Below are positions 29,567 through 38,897 of a stretch of 64,000 nt of DNA, in pieces. The position numbers and the translations under genes are program-made. The stretch is from Parcubacteria group bacterium (GTDB lineage Bacteria > Patescibacteriota > Minisyncoccia > Phycocordibacterales > DATDWN01), in NCBI GenBank assembly GCA_038327915.1, contig JBBQLO010000001.1, positions 20,407 through 84,406 of the forward strand, written 5' to 3'. The notes beneath the pieces are model-generated. The model made no database searches and was not told the DNA's origin. It was given only the letters and a program-made list of their open reading frames with translations. Every line of letters starts with the position of its first letter. The stretch's first letter is position 1.

Positions 29567-31435
29567 ATGCCTTCAATGAAGTTTCTTGTTTCAAAAACAC
29601 TTACGCATATGTCAACCTCCGTCGAACAAATTAAATCCAAGCTCGACATTGTCACTCTCATTTCCTCGTACATACCGTTGGAACGGGCAGGAGTCAGTTT
29701 CAAAGGTAAATGCCCGTTCCATAATGAGAAGACACCTTCCTTTTTCGTCTCGCCTGAGCGAGGAAATTATTATTGTTTTGGTTGTCATGTGAAAGGAGAC
29801 ATCTTTACTTTTGTTCAGGAGTTTGAGGGTATAGATTTTCGCGGAGCTCTAAAAATGCTTGCCGACCGCACTGGCGTGGTTTTGTCACAGCATTCACCTG
29901 ATGAAATAAATGAGAAGGAGGTGGTGTATTCTCTTTTAGAACAGGCAGTTTTCTTCTACCAAAAAAAGTTATCCGAAAACGGACAAGCTCGAGAATATAT
30001 TGCAGGTCGAGGCGTGGGAGAAAAAAGTATTGCACAATTCCGAATCGGTTTTGCTCCCTTAGAATGGAGAGGTCTCTTCGAATTCCTCAAACTCAAAGGC
30101 GCCACAGAAAAAGATATGCTTCGGGCAGGACTTATTAAAAGAAAGGAAGTTGATCCTGTTGGAGACAGAGATGTGGTCGAAACGTACTATGACACCTTCC
30201 GCGGGAGAATTATGTTTCCTATCAACGACTCGTCTGGAAGGACAGTTGGATTTTCTGGACGTATTCTTGTGCCAGACCTAAGATCACCAAAATATCTCAA
30301 TAGTCCAGAGACAGAAGTATTTAAAAAATCAGAAGTACTTTTCGGACTTGATAAAGCTAAAACAGACATTCGATTAAAAGACTATTCTATTTTGGTAGAG
30401 GGCCAAATGGATCTTGTCATGATGCACCATGCGGGTATAACGAATACAGTGGCTTCTTCAGGAACTGCTTTGTCTCTCGAACATTTGACCAAACTTCGCC
30501 GTTTGTCGTCAAGAATCATTATGGCATTTGACGGTGATGGCGCAGGGTTTCGGGCCGCAGATCGGGGGGCCACCTTAGCATTGTCCCTTGGTATGGAACT
30601 CAAAATTGCCGAAATGCCAAAAGGTAAGGATCCGGCAGATCTGGCCAAAGATGATGTGGCTCTACTGACACTTTGTATTAAGTCAGCTAAGCACATTATT
30701 GACTTTTACACTGATTCACTTCTTAAGGAAGGCCTTCTTCCCCGTGAAGTAGGGCAAAAGATAAAAGAGCATGTGCTTCCATACGTTGCGATCCTGCCGA
30801 GTGCAATTGAACAAGCACATTTTGTACGTAGAATATCCCAAGTTGCTTTTATAAAAGAGGAAGCTCTGTGGGAGGATTTAAAAAAAGTGTCACGCCAAGG
30901 AGTTTCAAAAGAAGTGGTATTATCACAAATATTTCCTGTAGCTTCAGTGGGTAGGCTTGAAATAATTGAAAGAAGACTCATTGGCTTTGTGATGTGGCAA
31001 CGGGAGAGCAATAAGTTGGTGGAGTCAAAAACAGTTGCTTTAGTTGCACTACCAAATATTAATATACAAGAGATAGAGGAAAAAATACGTCAAATTTTGG
31101 GAGAGCGGCTCGATATGCTCATTGACCAATTGAATAATGAAAAAGAAGGAGAGAAGGAAATATTGTTGTTTGAAACTGAAAACTATTATACTATACGAGA
31201 TACGACAAAGGGCACCACTGGAGGTCCCGACAATAGCTATATTTTTAGAGAAGTGGTAGAACTACTTCAAGCACTAGAGGAGGGGTATCTCAAAAAAAGC
31301 GCTGAGCGCTTGCGGACAGAACTCCAAAGAGCCGAGCAACGTGGTGATCATGTTGAGAGAGATCGACTGACGGGAGAGTATCAAATTATTTCACAAAAAA
31401 TCAATCACATTAAAAATAAAAAGGATATAATATAA
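29567..31435 (+). CDS. dnaG: DNA primase
   Basis: Zn ribbon 'CPFHNEKTPSF...CFGCHVKGD' and TOPRIM 'EGQMDLVMMHHAGI...MAFDGDGAG'. The true start may be the internal Met at 29609. Confidence 0.9.
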   Translation: MPSMKFLVSKTLTHMSTSVEQIKSKLDIVTLISSYIPLERAGVSFKGKCPFHNEKTPSFFVSPERGNYYCFGCHVKGDIFTFVQEFEGIDFRGALKMLADRTGVVLSQHSPDEINEKEVVYSLLEQAVFFYQKKLSENGQAREYIAGRGVGEKSIAQFRIGFAPLEWRGLFEFLKLKGATEKDMLRAGLIKRKEVDPVGDRDVVETYYDTFRGRIMFPINDSSGRTVGFSGRILVPDLRSPKYLNSPETEVFKKSEVLFGLDKAKTDIRLKDYSILVEGQMDLVMMHHAGITNTVASSGTALSLEHLTKLRRLSSRIIMAFDGDGAGFRAADRGATLALSLGMELKIAEMPKGKDPADLAKDDVALLTLCIKSAKHIIDFYTDSLLKEGLLPREVGQKIKEHVLPYVAILPSAIEQAHFVRRISQVAFIKEEALWEDLKKVSRQGVSKEVVLSQIFPVASVGRLEIIERRLIGFVMWQRESNKLVESKTVALVALPNINIQEIEEKIRQILGERLDMLIDQLNNEKEGEKEILLFETENYYTIRDTTKGTTGGPDNSYIFREVVELLQALEEGYLKKSAERLRTELQRAEQRGDHVERDRLTGEYQIISQKINHIKNKKDII

Positions 31436-31439
31436 AAAA

Positions 31440-32717
31440 ATGCCTACACATATACACAAAAAAATATCCGGAAAAGTTGGTAAAAAAACGCCTAGTAAGA
31501 CGGTTACTAAAAAACCACAAAAGAAAGTAAAAAAAATAAAAGCTGTATCCGCACCTGCTCCCCGGAAGAAAAAGAAAAATAAATCGTCATTGGCTATGAA
31601 CGCTGAACGGACTCAGCCAACTCGCGTTGTAAAAAAAGCTGATCGACAACAAGAAGGTCTTTCAAAACTTTTGAGTAAAGGTAAAGAGCGAGGGTATGTA
31701 ATATACGATGAAATTTTGAAAGAATTTCCAACCATTGAAGATGATATTCTATTTCTAGAAGACTTGTACGAAAAACTTTCGAGCGCGGGAGTTGATATTC
31801 TTGAAGGTGGTGGACTTTTGGAAACCGCACCTCTCGATGATCTTGTTAATAAAAAATACTCGTATGGTAAAAGTGATGCTACATACGACTCTATTCAAAT
31901 GTATTTGAAAGAAATCGGTCAGTACCCCCTGATCTCAGGGACAATGGAAAAAGAGCTCGCCCGACGTATTCAGGCTGGAGATAATGAAGCAAAAACACTT
32001 CTCGCCCGCGCCAACCTTCGCCTTGTTGTTTCTATTGCTAAAAAGTATGTTGGCCGTTCTGCAGATTTGACACTCCTCGATTTAATTCAAGAAGGTAACC
32101 TCGGACTTTTCAAAGCCGTCGACAAATTTGATTGGACAAAAGGTTATAAGTTTTCAACGTATGCGACGTGGTGGATTCGTCAGGCCATTACTCGTGCTCT
32201 CGCGGACCAGTCACGAACCATACGTGTGCCAGTGCATATGGTAGAAACCATCGCTAAATACAAACAAGTCGTACGTCGTTTGTCTCAGGACCTTGGTCGC
32301 GACCCACTGCCAGAAGAAATTGCTACTGAGATGAACCTCACTGTGGATAAAATTTATACTATCGAAAAAATCGACCAGTCCACAGTCTCTCTCGAAGCGC
32401 CTATTGGTAATGAAGGTGATGAAGATAAAAGCAAACTTGGTGATTTCCTTGCAGACGACAAAATTCTTTCTCCAGATCAAGAAAGTGCACGAAGAATTAT
32501 TTCCGACCAGGTCAAAGAAATTTTGAATGACTTACCGGAGAAAGAGAGGAGAATTTTAGAGATGCGACATGGGCTGACTGACGGTGTGACACATACACTT
32601 GAAGAAGTGGGGCGTGAGTTTGGCGTGACCCGCGAGCGTATTCGCCAGATTGAGGCAAAAGCACACGAAAAAATCCGCCAGCATGATAAAATCAACCGCT
32701 TGAGGAATTATTATTAA
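31440..32717 (+). CDS. rpoD: RNA polymerase sigma-70 factor with Lys-rich N-terminal extension
   Basis: Regions 2-4 are present: 'YATWWIRQAITRA', 'LEEVGREFGVTRERIRQIEAKA'. A dnaG-rpoD pairing is the conserved MMS-operon core. Confidence 0.9.
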   Translation: MPTHIHKKISGKVGKKTPSKTVTKKPQKKVKKIKAVSAPAPRKKKKNKSSLAMNAERTQPTRVVKKADRQQEGLSKLLSKGKERGYVIYDEILKEFPTIEDDILFLEDLYEKLSSAGVDILEGGGLLETAPLDDLVNKKYSYGKSDATYDSIQMYLKEIGQYPLISGTMEKELARRIQAGDNEAKTLLARANLRLVVSIAKKYVGRSADLTLLDLIQEGNLGLFKAVDKFDWTKGYKFSTYATWWIRQAITRALADQSRTIRVPVHMVETIAKYKQVVRRLSQDLGRDPLPEEIATEMNLTVDKIYTIEKIDQSTVSLEAPIGNEGDEDKSKLGDFLADDKILSPDQESARRIISDQVKEILNDLPEKERRILEMRHGLTDGVTHTLEEVGREFGVTRERIRQIEAKAHEKIRQHDKINRLRNYY

Positions 32718-32816
32718 ATGCAGCGTTTGAAGTTTACTGTTCAAGTAGAAAACTTCACCTTATGTAGGTGAAGTTTTTGATATTTTACTCTGTATAATTT
32801 GTGGTAGTATTGTCGT

Positions 32817-35800
32817 ATGAAAAAAAATTCAGAGACTATTTTTATCACTCGTTATAACAAGCTCAATCCTGAGCAGAAAAAAGCAGTTGATGCTATTGAA
32901 GGTCCTGTGCTTGTTATCGCGGGGCCTGGTTCCGGTAAGACAGAAATTTTGTCGTTACGAGTAGCCAATATTTTAGAAAAAACGGACACAGCGCCGGGCT
33001 CTATTCTTTGTTTAACCTTTACGGATTCTGCATCGCTAAATATGCGTGAGAGGCTTGCTGGACTCATAGGTACTGCAGCATATCGTGTTCAAATTCATAC
33101 GTTTCATAGTTTTTGTACGTATGTTATCGCACGATATCCAGAGTATTTTTTTGGTTCAGCTGATTTTAATCCCGCAGATGATGTTACTCGGCTCGAGATT
33201 ATTTCTACTATTTTTCGTACATTGTCGCACGAAAATCCACTTCGTTCTGAGCATCCTGACCAAGGTTTTGTTTTTTTGCGACCGACACTCAAGTCAATTT
33301 CAGACTTGAAAAGAGCTGGTATGTCACCGGGTGAATTTCGTCAGGTTGTTCTGCACAATGAAACTATACTGGGTCTCCTCAATCCTCTTGTGGCTCGTAT
33401 GCTTCCTGAACGCATAACTAAAAAAGAGATTTCTACGTTGCAAAGATTATACACGGCCATGAGCCAAGTCCCATGTCTGCCACTGCCTCTCTTGCACATC
33501 CAGTGTCTCCGTGATACGACAACTGCCGCTTTAAACGTTGCCTTGAGTACTGCCGAAGAAAGTGGAACTTCTACACCGCTATCCGACTGGAAGAAAGAAA
33601 ATATTACTCGAGATGTTAGTGGAAATTTTGTATTGAAAGATACTGAACGTGCACCTAAAATGCGAGCCCTTGCCGACATGTATGATGCATATCAGAAAGA
33701 AATGTACACGGAGGGTTATTTTGATTTCGACGACATGATTCTTGAAGTTATTCAAGCTGTTGAGAAAAACCCGATTCTTGCTCTTGAGCTACAAGAAAGT
33801 TTTCAGTACATACTTGTTGACGAATTTCAGGATACCAATGATGCTCAAATGCGACTCATCCTTGCCCTCACAGGGGCAGAGGTTCACGAAGGCAGACCAA
33901 ATGTCATGGCAGTAGGGGACGACGATCAATCTATTTATAAATTCCAAGGTGCAGAAGTCGCAAACATAATTTCATTTAAAAAAAATTTTAGAAACCCAGA
34001 TGTTATCACACTTACTACAAATTATCGCTCTACACCAGAAATTTTAGATATTTCGGAAAAAGTAATAAATCAAGGAGTTCGAGGTTTGAAATCTTTATTA
34101 CCAGAAATAGAAAAAACAATTACTGCAGGAAACACAAACTTACCGACGGGGAGGGTTTATTTTAAGTCGTTTGAAACGGAATTACACGAATATGATTTTA
34201 TTGCCAAAGAAATTTTCCGGCTTATTAAGGAGGGTCAGTTACCAGAGCAAATAGCTGTTATTGCCCGTACTCACAAAGGTCTTCAAAATATTGTACCTTA
34301 TTTTAAAGCTCTTGGAATTGATGTTCGATATGAAAAACGTCACGATGTTTTACGTGATGAATTGATTCGAGAAATCATTACTCTTATCAAATTTGTATCC
34401 ACTATTGGGCGCGGCAATATGGACGAAGCCGACGAGTATATGCCAGAAATTCTCTCGTTTCCATTTTGGAAAATTTCTCGAAAACTTGTGTGGGAGATTT
34501 CTCTTACCGCCCGTACAACAGTATCGCATTCATGGATTGCCACCATGCAATCACATGAAAATTCTTCTGTTCGGGATATTGCAGACTTTCTTATCGATGT
34601 CGGAATTCGTTCCCAGTCTCTGCCTCTTGAACGTGTTATCGATGTACTCATCGGCAGTGAGGTCCTTCTTGTTTCTGATTCCGAAGATAATGAAGATAAT
34701 GAGGAAGGTGAGAGAGAAGAAAGTAGAAAAGAAAACAAAGAAGAAGACAAAGTAACATCAACACCCGTATTTCATAGTCCATTTCGACAGTATTATTTTA
34801 GCCAAGAAACTTTTACAGAAAGAAAGCCGGAGTACATTTCTTTTCTTTCTTCCCTCAAAGTTTTTATCGGTGCGCTTCGTGAATATCGACAAGGAAAAGT
34901 TTTGTCGGTTGGTGATTGTGTTTCTTTCGTTGAGGTTCATGAAAAAAATAATATGGAACTTTTAGACCAGAGCCCGTTTGTGGGAGGAAAACACGCTGTC
35001 TCTTTTCTCACTGCACACAAAGCCAAAGGTTTGGAATTTGACGTGGTATTTATTCTCTCTGCCAATGATGAAATATGGAGTGGGAGAGGAATTCCTGATA
35101 AATTGCCGTTTCCAAAAAATATTACCGCTAGACCAAGTGCCGACTCGATTGATGATAAAATTCGTCTCTTGTATGTGGCTCTTACCCGCGCCCGGCACAC
35201 TCTATACGTCACACACTATGAACGTCGCGAAGATGGGAGAGCTGTTTTGCCGTTAGAGTTTCTTTCTCCCTTTTCTCATCAAATTGAAAAAAGTGAAAAT
35301 ATTTTTGATCCTCACCCTATTGAGGTACATGTTAACTCTCTTGTCGCCTTACCTTTTACAGGAGATGAGGAAAGTATGTTGCATAGCACTCTTTCCGAAT
35401 ACTGTATGTCAGTGACGCACCTGAACAATTTTCTTGATGTTTCTCGTGCTGGTCCGCATGTATTTCTTGAGCAAAATCTTTTGCGATTTCCCCAGGCTAA
35501 AACTCCCTCTAATGTGTACGGTACCTCCATGCATTCTTCCCTTCAGTACATCTATACGTATTTTCGACGAGAGACAACATTACCACCTGTTGACCAGGTA
35601 CTTACTTTTTTTGAAAAATCGCTCAAGTCGGGTAGGCTTCACCCGACAGATCACCTTGTGCAAGTAGAGCGTGGTCGTCAAGCATTGGCATTGTACATAA
35701 AGACACATGCTGATGATATTCGAAGTGAAGACAGAATTGAAACTGATTTTAAACATCAAGGCGTTGTTCTCGATTCAGAAACAGGCATGGCGTGTATTCA

Positions 35801-36221
35801 ACCTGTCCATATTACAGGTAAAATAGACAAAATGCGCATCGAAGGTAGTGAAATAGTTGTCACTGACTGGAAGACCGGCAAGCCAAAGACTTCATGGGAA
35901 GGAAAAAGTTTGGAAGAAAAAATACAACTATATTCTTATCGTCGCCAGCTTCTTTTTTATGCTATTTTGATTGCTGGGTCAAAAGATTTCTCTGATTTCG
36001 GCGTCTCCCGTGGAAATTTAGAATTTCTCGAGCCGGTTAATAATACGTTTCTTGCTCTTTCACTTGAAATTGAATCAAGTGAAATTTCTCGTTTAAAGTC
36101 TCTTATTATTGCTGTGTACTGCAAAATAGTCGCTTTGGATTTTCCATCGACGGAAAAATACAGCCCAGACTTTGCAGGCTGTATTGAATTTGAAAACGAT
36201 TTGATAGAAGGAAAAATTTAA
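32817..36221 (+). CDS. UvrD/PcrA-like SF1A helicase fused to C-terminal PD-(D/E)xK (RecB-family) nuclease domain, with acidic insert
   Basis: Motif I 'VIAGPGSGKTEIL' and motif II 'ILVDEFQDTN'. The C-terminus has 'GKIDKMRIEGSEIVVTDWKTGKP' followed by 'QLLFY', a RecB-nuclease-like motif. There is an acidic low-complexity insert 'SDSEDNEDNEEGEREESRKENKEED'. Confidence 0.8.
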   Translation: MKKNSETIFITRYNKLNPEQKKAVDAIEGPVLVIAGPGSGKTEILSLRVANILEKTDTAPGSILCLTFTDSASLNMRERLAGLIGTAAYRVQIHTFHSFCTYVIARYPEYFFGSADFNPADDVTRLEIISTIFRTLSHENPLRSEHPDQGFVFLRPTLKSISDLKRAGMSPGEFRQVVLHNETILGLLNPLVARMLPERITKKEISTLQRLYTAMSQVPCLPLPLLHIQCLRDTTTAALNVALSTAEESGTSTPLSDWKKENITRDVSGNFVLKDTERAPKMRALADMYDAYQKEMYTEGYFDFDDMILEVIQAVEKNPILALELQESFQYILVDEFQDTNDAQMRLILALTGAEVHEGRPNVMAVGDDDQSIYKFQGAEVANIISFKKNFRNPDVITLTTNYRSTPEILDISEKVINQGVRGLKSLLPEIEKTITAGNTNLPTGRVYFKSFETELHEYDFIAKEIFRLIKEGQLPEQIAVIARTHKGLQNIVPYFKALGIDVRYEKRHDVLRDELIREIITLIKFVSTIGRGNMDEADEYMPEILSFPFWKISRKLVWEISLTARTTVSHSWIATMQSHENSSVRDIADFLIDVGIRSQSLPLERVIDVLIGSEVLLVSDSEDNEDNEEGEREESRKENKEEDKVTSTPVFHSPFRQYYFSQETFTERKPEYISFLSSLKVFIGALREYRQGKVLSVGDCVSFVEVHEKNNMELLDQSPFVGGKHAVSFLTAHKAKGLEFDVVFILSANDEIWSGRGIPDKLPFPKNITARPSADSIDDKIRLLYVALTRARHTLYVTHYERREDGRAVLPLEFLSPFSHQIEKSENIFDPHPIEVHVNSLVALPFTGDEESMLHSTLSEYCMSVTHLNNFLDVSRAGPHVFLEQNLLRFPQAKTPSNVYGTSMHSSLQYIYTYFRRETTLPPVDQVLTFFEKSLKSGRLHPTDHLVQVERGRQALALYIKTHADDIRSEDRIETDFKHQGVVLDSETGMACIQPVHITGKIDKMRIEGSEIVVTDWKTGKPKTSWEGKSLEEKIQLYSYRRQLLFYAILIAGSKDFSDFGVSRGNLEFLEPVNNTFLALSLEIESSEISRLKSLIIAVYCKIVALDFPSTEKYSPDFAGCIEFENDLIEGKI

Positions 36222-36223
36222 AT

Positions 36224-36952
36224 TTATTTCGAGAGTAATGTGTCGATTGTTGACTTGAGAGCCTCATACGACTCTGCACCGACAACTGGTATTTGTGAAC
36301 CGTCTTTTGTGATAAGAACTGAGTATGGTGTTCCTTGGGCGCCCGCTTTCACCGCTTCGTCATAGCTCGCTTGAATTTTAGCTGAATATTTTCCTGAATT
36401 GAGACAGGTTGTGAAATTTTTAGTGTTGATTCCTATTGTTGAAGCAAAGGTTGTGAGTTGCGCGGGGTCGAGACCATTGTTACCCGGAGTCTGGTCGTAA
36501 ATCATGTTGAGATATTGCCAAAATTTAGCCGGACCACCTATTTCATTGACACATTCAGTTGCCTCTGCTTCTTTTGGTGCTTTGGAATGAAGTTGAGCGA
36601 TAGGAAAGTGGCGATATACCCACGCAACTTTACCATCTTTGCCATATTCGGTCATAAGCCGATTGAGCGTTGGGTTAAAAAGTTTGCAGTACGGACATTC
36701 AGTATCAGAATATTCAACAATTACAATATCTGCGTTCGGATTCCCGAGAATATGGTCGCTTGCGGATATAGAAGGAATCTGGTGAGGTGCTGTTGGTGTT
36801 GTTGTAGTTGTGACTGCTTGATTTTTGATTGTTTCTTTTTTTGCATTGAGGTTGGAAAAATATAGTGCACCAGCAATGATACCTCCGGCAACGATGATAG
36901 CAATAGGAATGGCGATTTTGTTTGTGTCCATGGTGTGTATTATACCTTTCAA
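36224..36952 (-). CDS. DsbA-like thiol:disulfide oxidoreductase (thioredoxin fold), membrane anchored
   Basis: N-terminal TM helix and a CxxC active site 'TECPYCKLF'. Confidence 0.7.
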   Translation of the reverse strand: MKGIIHTMDTNKIAIPIAIIVAGGIIAGALYFSNLNAKKETIKNQAVTTTTTPTAPHQIPSISASDHILGNPNADIVIVEYSDTECPYCKLFNPTLNRLMTEYGKDGKVAWVYRHFPIAQLHSKAPKEAEATECVNEIGGPAKFWQYLNMIYDQTPGNNGLDPAQLTTFASTIGINTKNFTTCLNSGKYSAKIQASYDEAVKAGAQGTPYSVLITKDGSQIPVVGAESYEALKSTIDTLLSK

Positions 36953-36986
36953 ATTTTCAAAAGCAAATTATTATTGCAACAGAAAC

Positions 36987-37161
36987 CAGTCACTCTCGCA
37001 TGCTTGCTTTTTTAGAACATCGCGCAGGAGCTTAGAAAACAACAGCGATCGAGTGCGCGGCATACGAGGAGCTGATTGTTTTCTTGAGCGACGAGCGCTG
37101 AAGAAATTTTTCAGCAGAAAAATATTCTGGTTCTAAAAAAGCAAGCATGCGAGAGTGACTG
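36987..37161. repeat. 32-bp perfect inverted repeats (36987-37018 and 37130-37161) flanking a 111-bp GC-richer core: MITE-like element or invertible segment
   Basis: The left arm cagtcactctcgcatgcttgcttttttagaac is the exact reverse complement of the right arm. It lies 35 bp upstream of the dsbA-like start and directly after the exonuclease stop. Confidence 0.7.
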
Positions 37162-37167
37162 AAATCA

Positions 37168-37749
37168 CTAAAACAAACTTTGAGTTTTCATCTCCTCGAC
37201 GGGTTCCCAATGTTTGGTATCAAGCTTAATTTCTTTAACGTTTGGCCCTTCTTTAAACATCAACTTTTTATTTTTTAGTGCGTACTCATAGACATCTTTT
37301 GTGATGCGTACGTCGTCTGTACAGTACTTTCTAATTTTTTCGATTTCCCCCTGCTTCCACCATACGATAGCATCAAGGCCGTTACCGCTTTTTTTTATTC
37401 CAAGCGTCCCTTCAGCCACTTGGTCGAGTTTCATTCTCCTGCCGTAGGCGTTTCTGATTTCCTTCAATATGTCGAGTGAGCGAATGTGAGAGAGGTCATG
37501 TCCTCGGGATTTTATATAGTATTTATTAAGTATTGGAATATCAAAATGGTCTCCGTTGTACGTGATGAGCATGTCGGCGGTATCGAGTAAATCCCACAGG
37601 CGTGGAAAATCCTCTTCGAGAAAACTGTCGTACGTGCGTGTCTCGCAATCATATGTACATACCATCGACACATCGAGGGCAACTGGGTCCGTCGATCCCA
37701 CATCCTGAAAGATATTTTTTGTTTCAATATCGAAGACAATTTTTTTCAT
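37168..37749 (-). CDS. DEDDy-type 3'-5' exonuclease, RNase H-like fold (YprB/PolB-exo-like)
   Basis: Exo I 'IVFDIETKN', Exo II 'YNGDHFDIPIL' and Exo III 'YCTDDVRITKDVYEY'. Confidence 0.65.
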   Translation of the reverse strand: MKKIVFDIETKNIFQDVGSTDPVALDVSMVCTYDCETRTYDSFLEEDFPRLWDLLDTADMLITYNGDHFDIPILNKYYIKSRGHDLSHIRSLDILKEIRNAYGRRMKLDQVAEGTLGIKKSGNGLDAIVWWKQGEIEKIRKYCTDDVRITKDVYEYALKNKKLMFKEGPNVKEIKLDTKHWEPVEEMKTQSLF

Positions 37750-37878
37750 ACAAAGAGTATAGCAAAGTAGAGAATTTTGACTAATATTGATACAATATAT
37801 TTGAAATTAGTCTACTTGACAAAGAAATATAATCGTATATTGTTATTTTTAGATTTTGTAATTTGAAAGGAGGTTTAA

Positions 37879-38631
37879 ATGGATAATGAAAGAATTGAAA
37901 TATTTCGAGAGCACTTCGAGGAATGTCTCAGACATTTCGGAAAGACTTTCAGTGCTAACTATCCTCCTGGAAGCAGGAATCGATGCAAGCTACTCAAGCC
38001 TTTAATTGATTTTTGTGGAGTTGGCAGACAAACCGCTCAGAAATGGATAGACGACATGGGTATTCCAAGAGGGGAACTCATGATGAAACTTAGTTGTTAC
38101 CTTGACTTGAATGGATATAGAATCATTGAGCTCGAAAGAATGCCGAGAGTAATTCGAGGTGTTCTGGAGCTTATTGGTTTTAGTATACTCAGTGCCAACG
38201 ATATGGCAGTCGCTCTGGGTTATGAAGTCCAGAGTCTGTATGACATTTTTCTCAGGGAAGCAGGGACAAGTCAAGAAAAAGAAGCGATGATGTTTGAACT
38301 CTGGAAGGGTAAGAAGACGGAACTTGAAACAAAGAATCATGAGGCTTTTGAATCAATCCATCTAGCAAGAGTTTCTAGAGCAACTTCAGAGTCAGAAGTA
38401 ATCGGACAGCAAGTTTTGTCCCTTATGAAATCTGGTGAAGACATTTCTGCTCGGCGAAACGCTACACTGGCAATCATACGAGGTTTGCGGCTTCTTTTGG
38501 ATGAGGGTTTGTTTTCAAATCTTACCTCAAAGGAAATTTCAGGCATAAGCAATGATGAGCGTCTTGATGTTCTTCAGCTTTTGAATCATTTTACCGCTCT
38601 GAGCTCAAAACTCATACAAGTAAGGGACTAG
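37879..38631 (+). CDS. hypothetical protein, first gene of higher-GC strong-SD island
   Basis: Perfect SD AAAGGAGGT sits 5 nt before the ATG. 250 aa, no recognisable catalytic motif, possible HTH near 'GRQTAQKWIDDMGIPRGE'. Confidence 0.45.
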   Translation: MDNERIEIFREHFEECLRHFGKTFSANYPPGSRNRCKLLKPLIDFCGVGRQTAQKWIDDMGIPRGELMMKLSCYLDLNGYRIIELERMPRVIRGVLELIGFSILSANDMAVALGYEVQSLYDIFLREAGTSQEKEAMMFELWKGKKTELETKNHEAFESIHLARVSRATSESEVIGQQVLSLMKSGEDISARRNATLAIIRGLRLLLDEGLFSNLTSKEISGISNDERLDVLQLLNHFTALSSKLIQVRD

Positions 38632-38633
38632 TC

Positions 38634-38897
38634 ATGGAAGATCATAGCTTTATCTGTATTGTTGAGAAAGTAGTTACTGAGGGTAAACATGGACCCTACG
38701 CGGCGGTCAGCTCAAACGATTTAGGACCAATTACTTTTGCCCTCACCTTACAGGTGTGGAAAGAAGAAATATGGCCCGAACCTGGAACGTATGTTGTACT
38801 GTCTCAGGTAATCAAAAAGCGTGCCGGATGGCGTGCAAAACTGGGTCGGTTTTTACAACCGTCCGACGAGAAAAAAGGAGAAACGAATGAGAGTTAA
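38634..38897 (+). CDS. small hypothetical protein (87 aa)
   Basis: Tightly packed between the flanking genes and on the same strand. No known motif. Confidence 0.35.
   Translation: MEDHSFICIVEKVVTEGKHGPYAAVSSNDLGPITFALTLQVWKEEIWPEPGTYVVLSQVIKKRAGWRAKLGRFLQPSDEKKGETNES

Noticed and set aside
37512-37739. ORF 37512..37739 (-) and 37602..37784 (+) inside the exonuclease gene
   Set aside because: These are alternative-frame or antisense overlaps with a gene that has clear DEDDy motifs.
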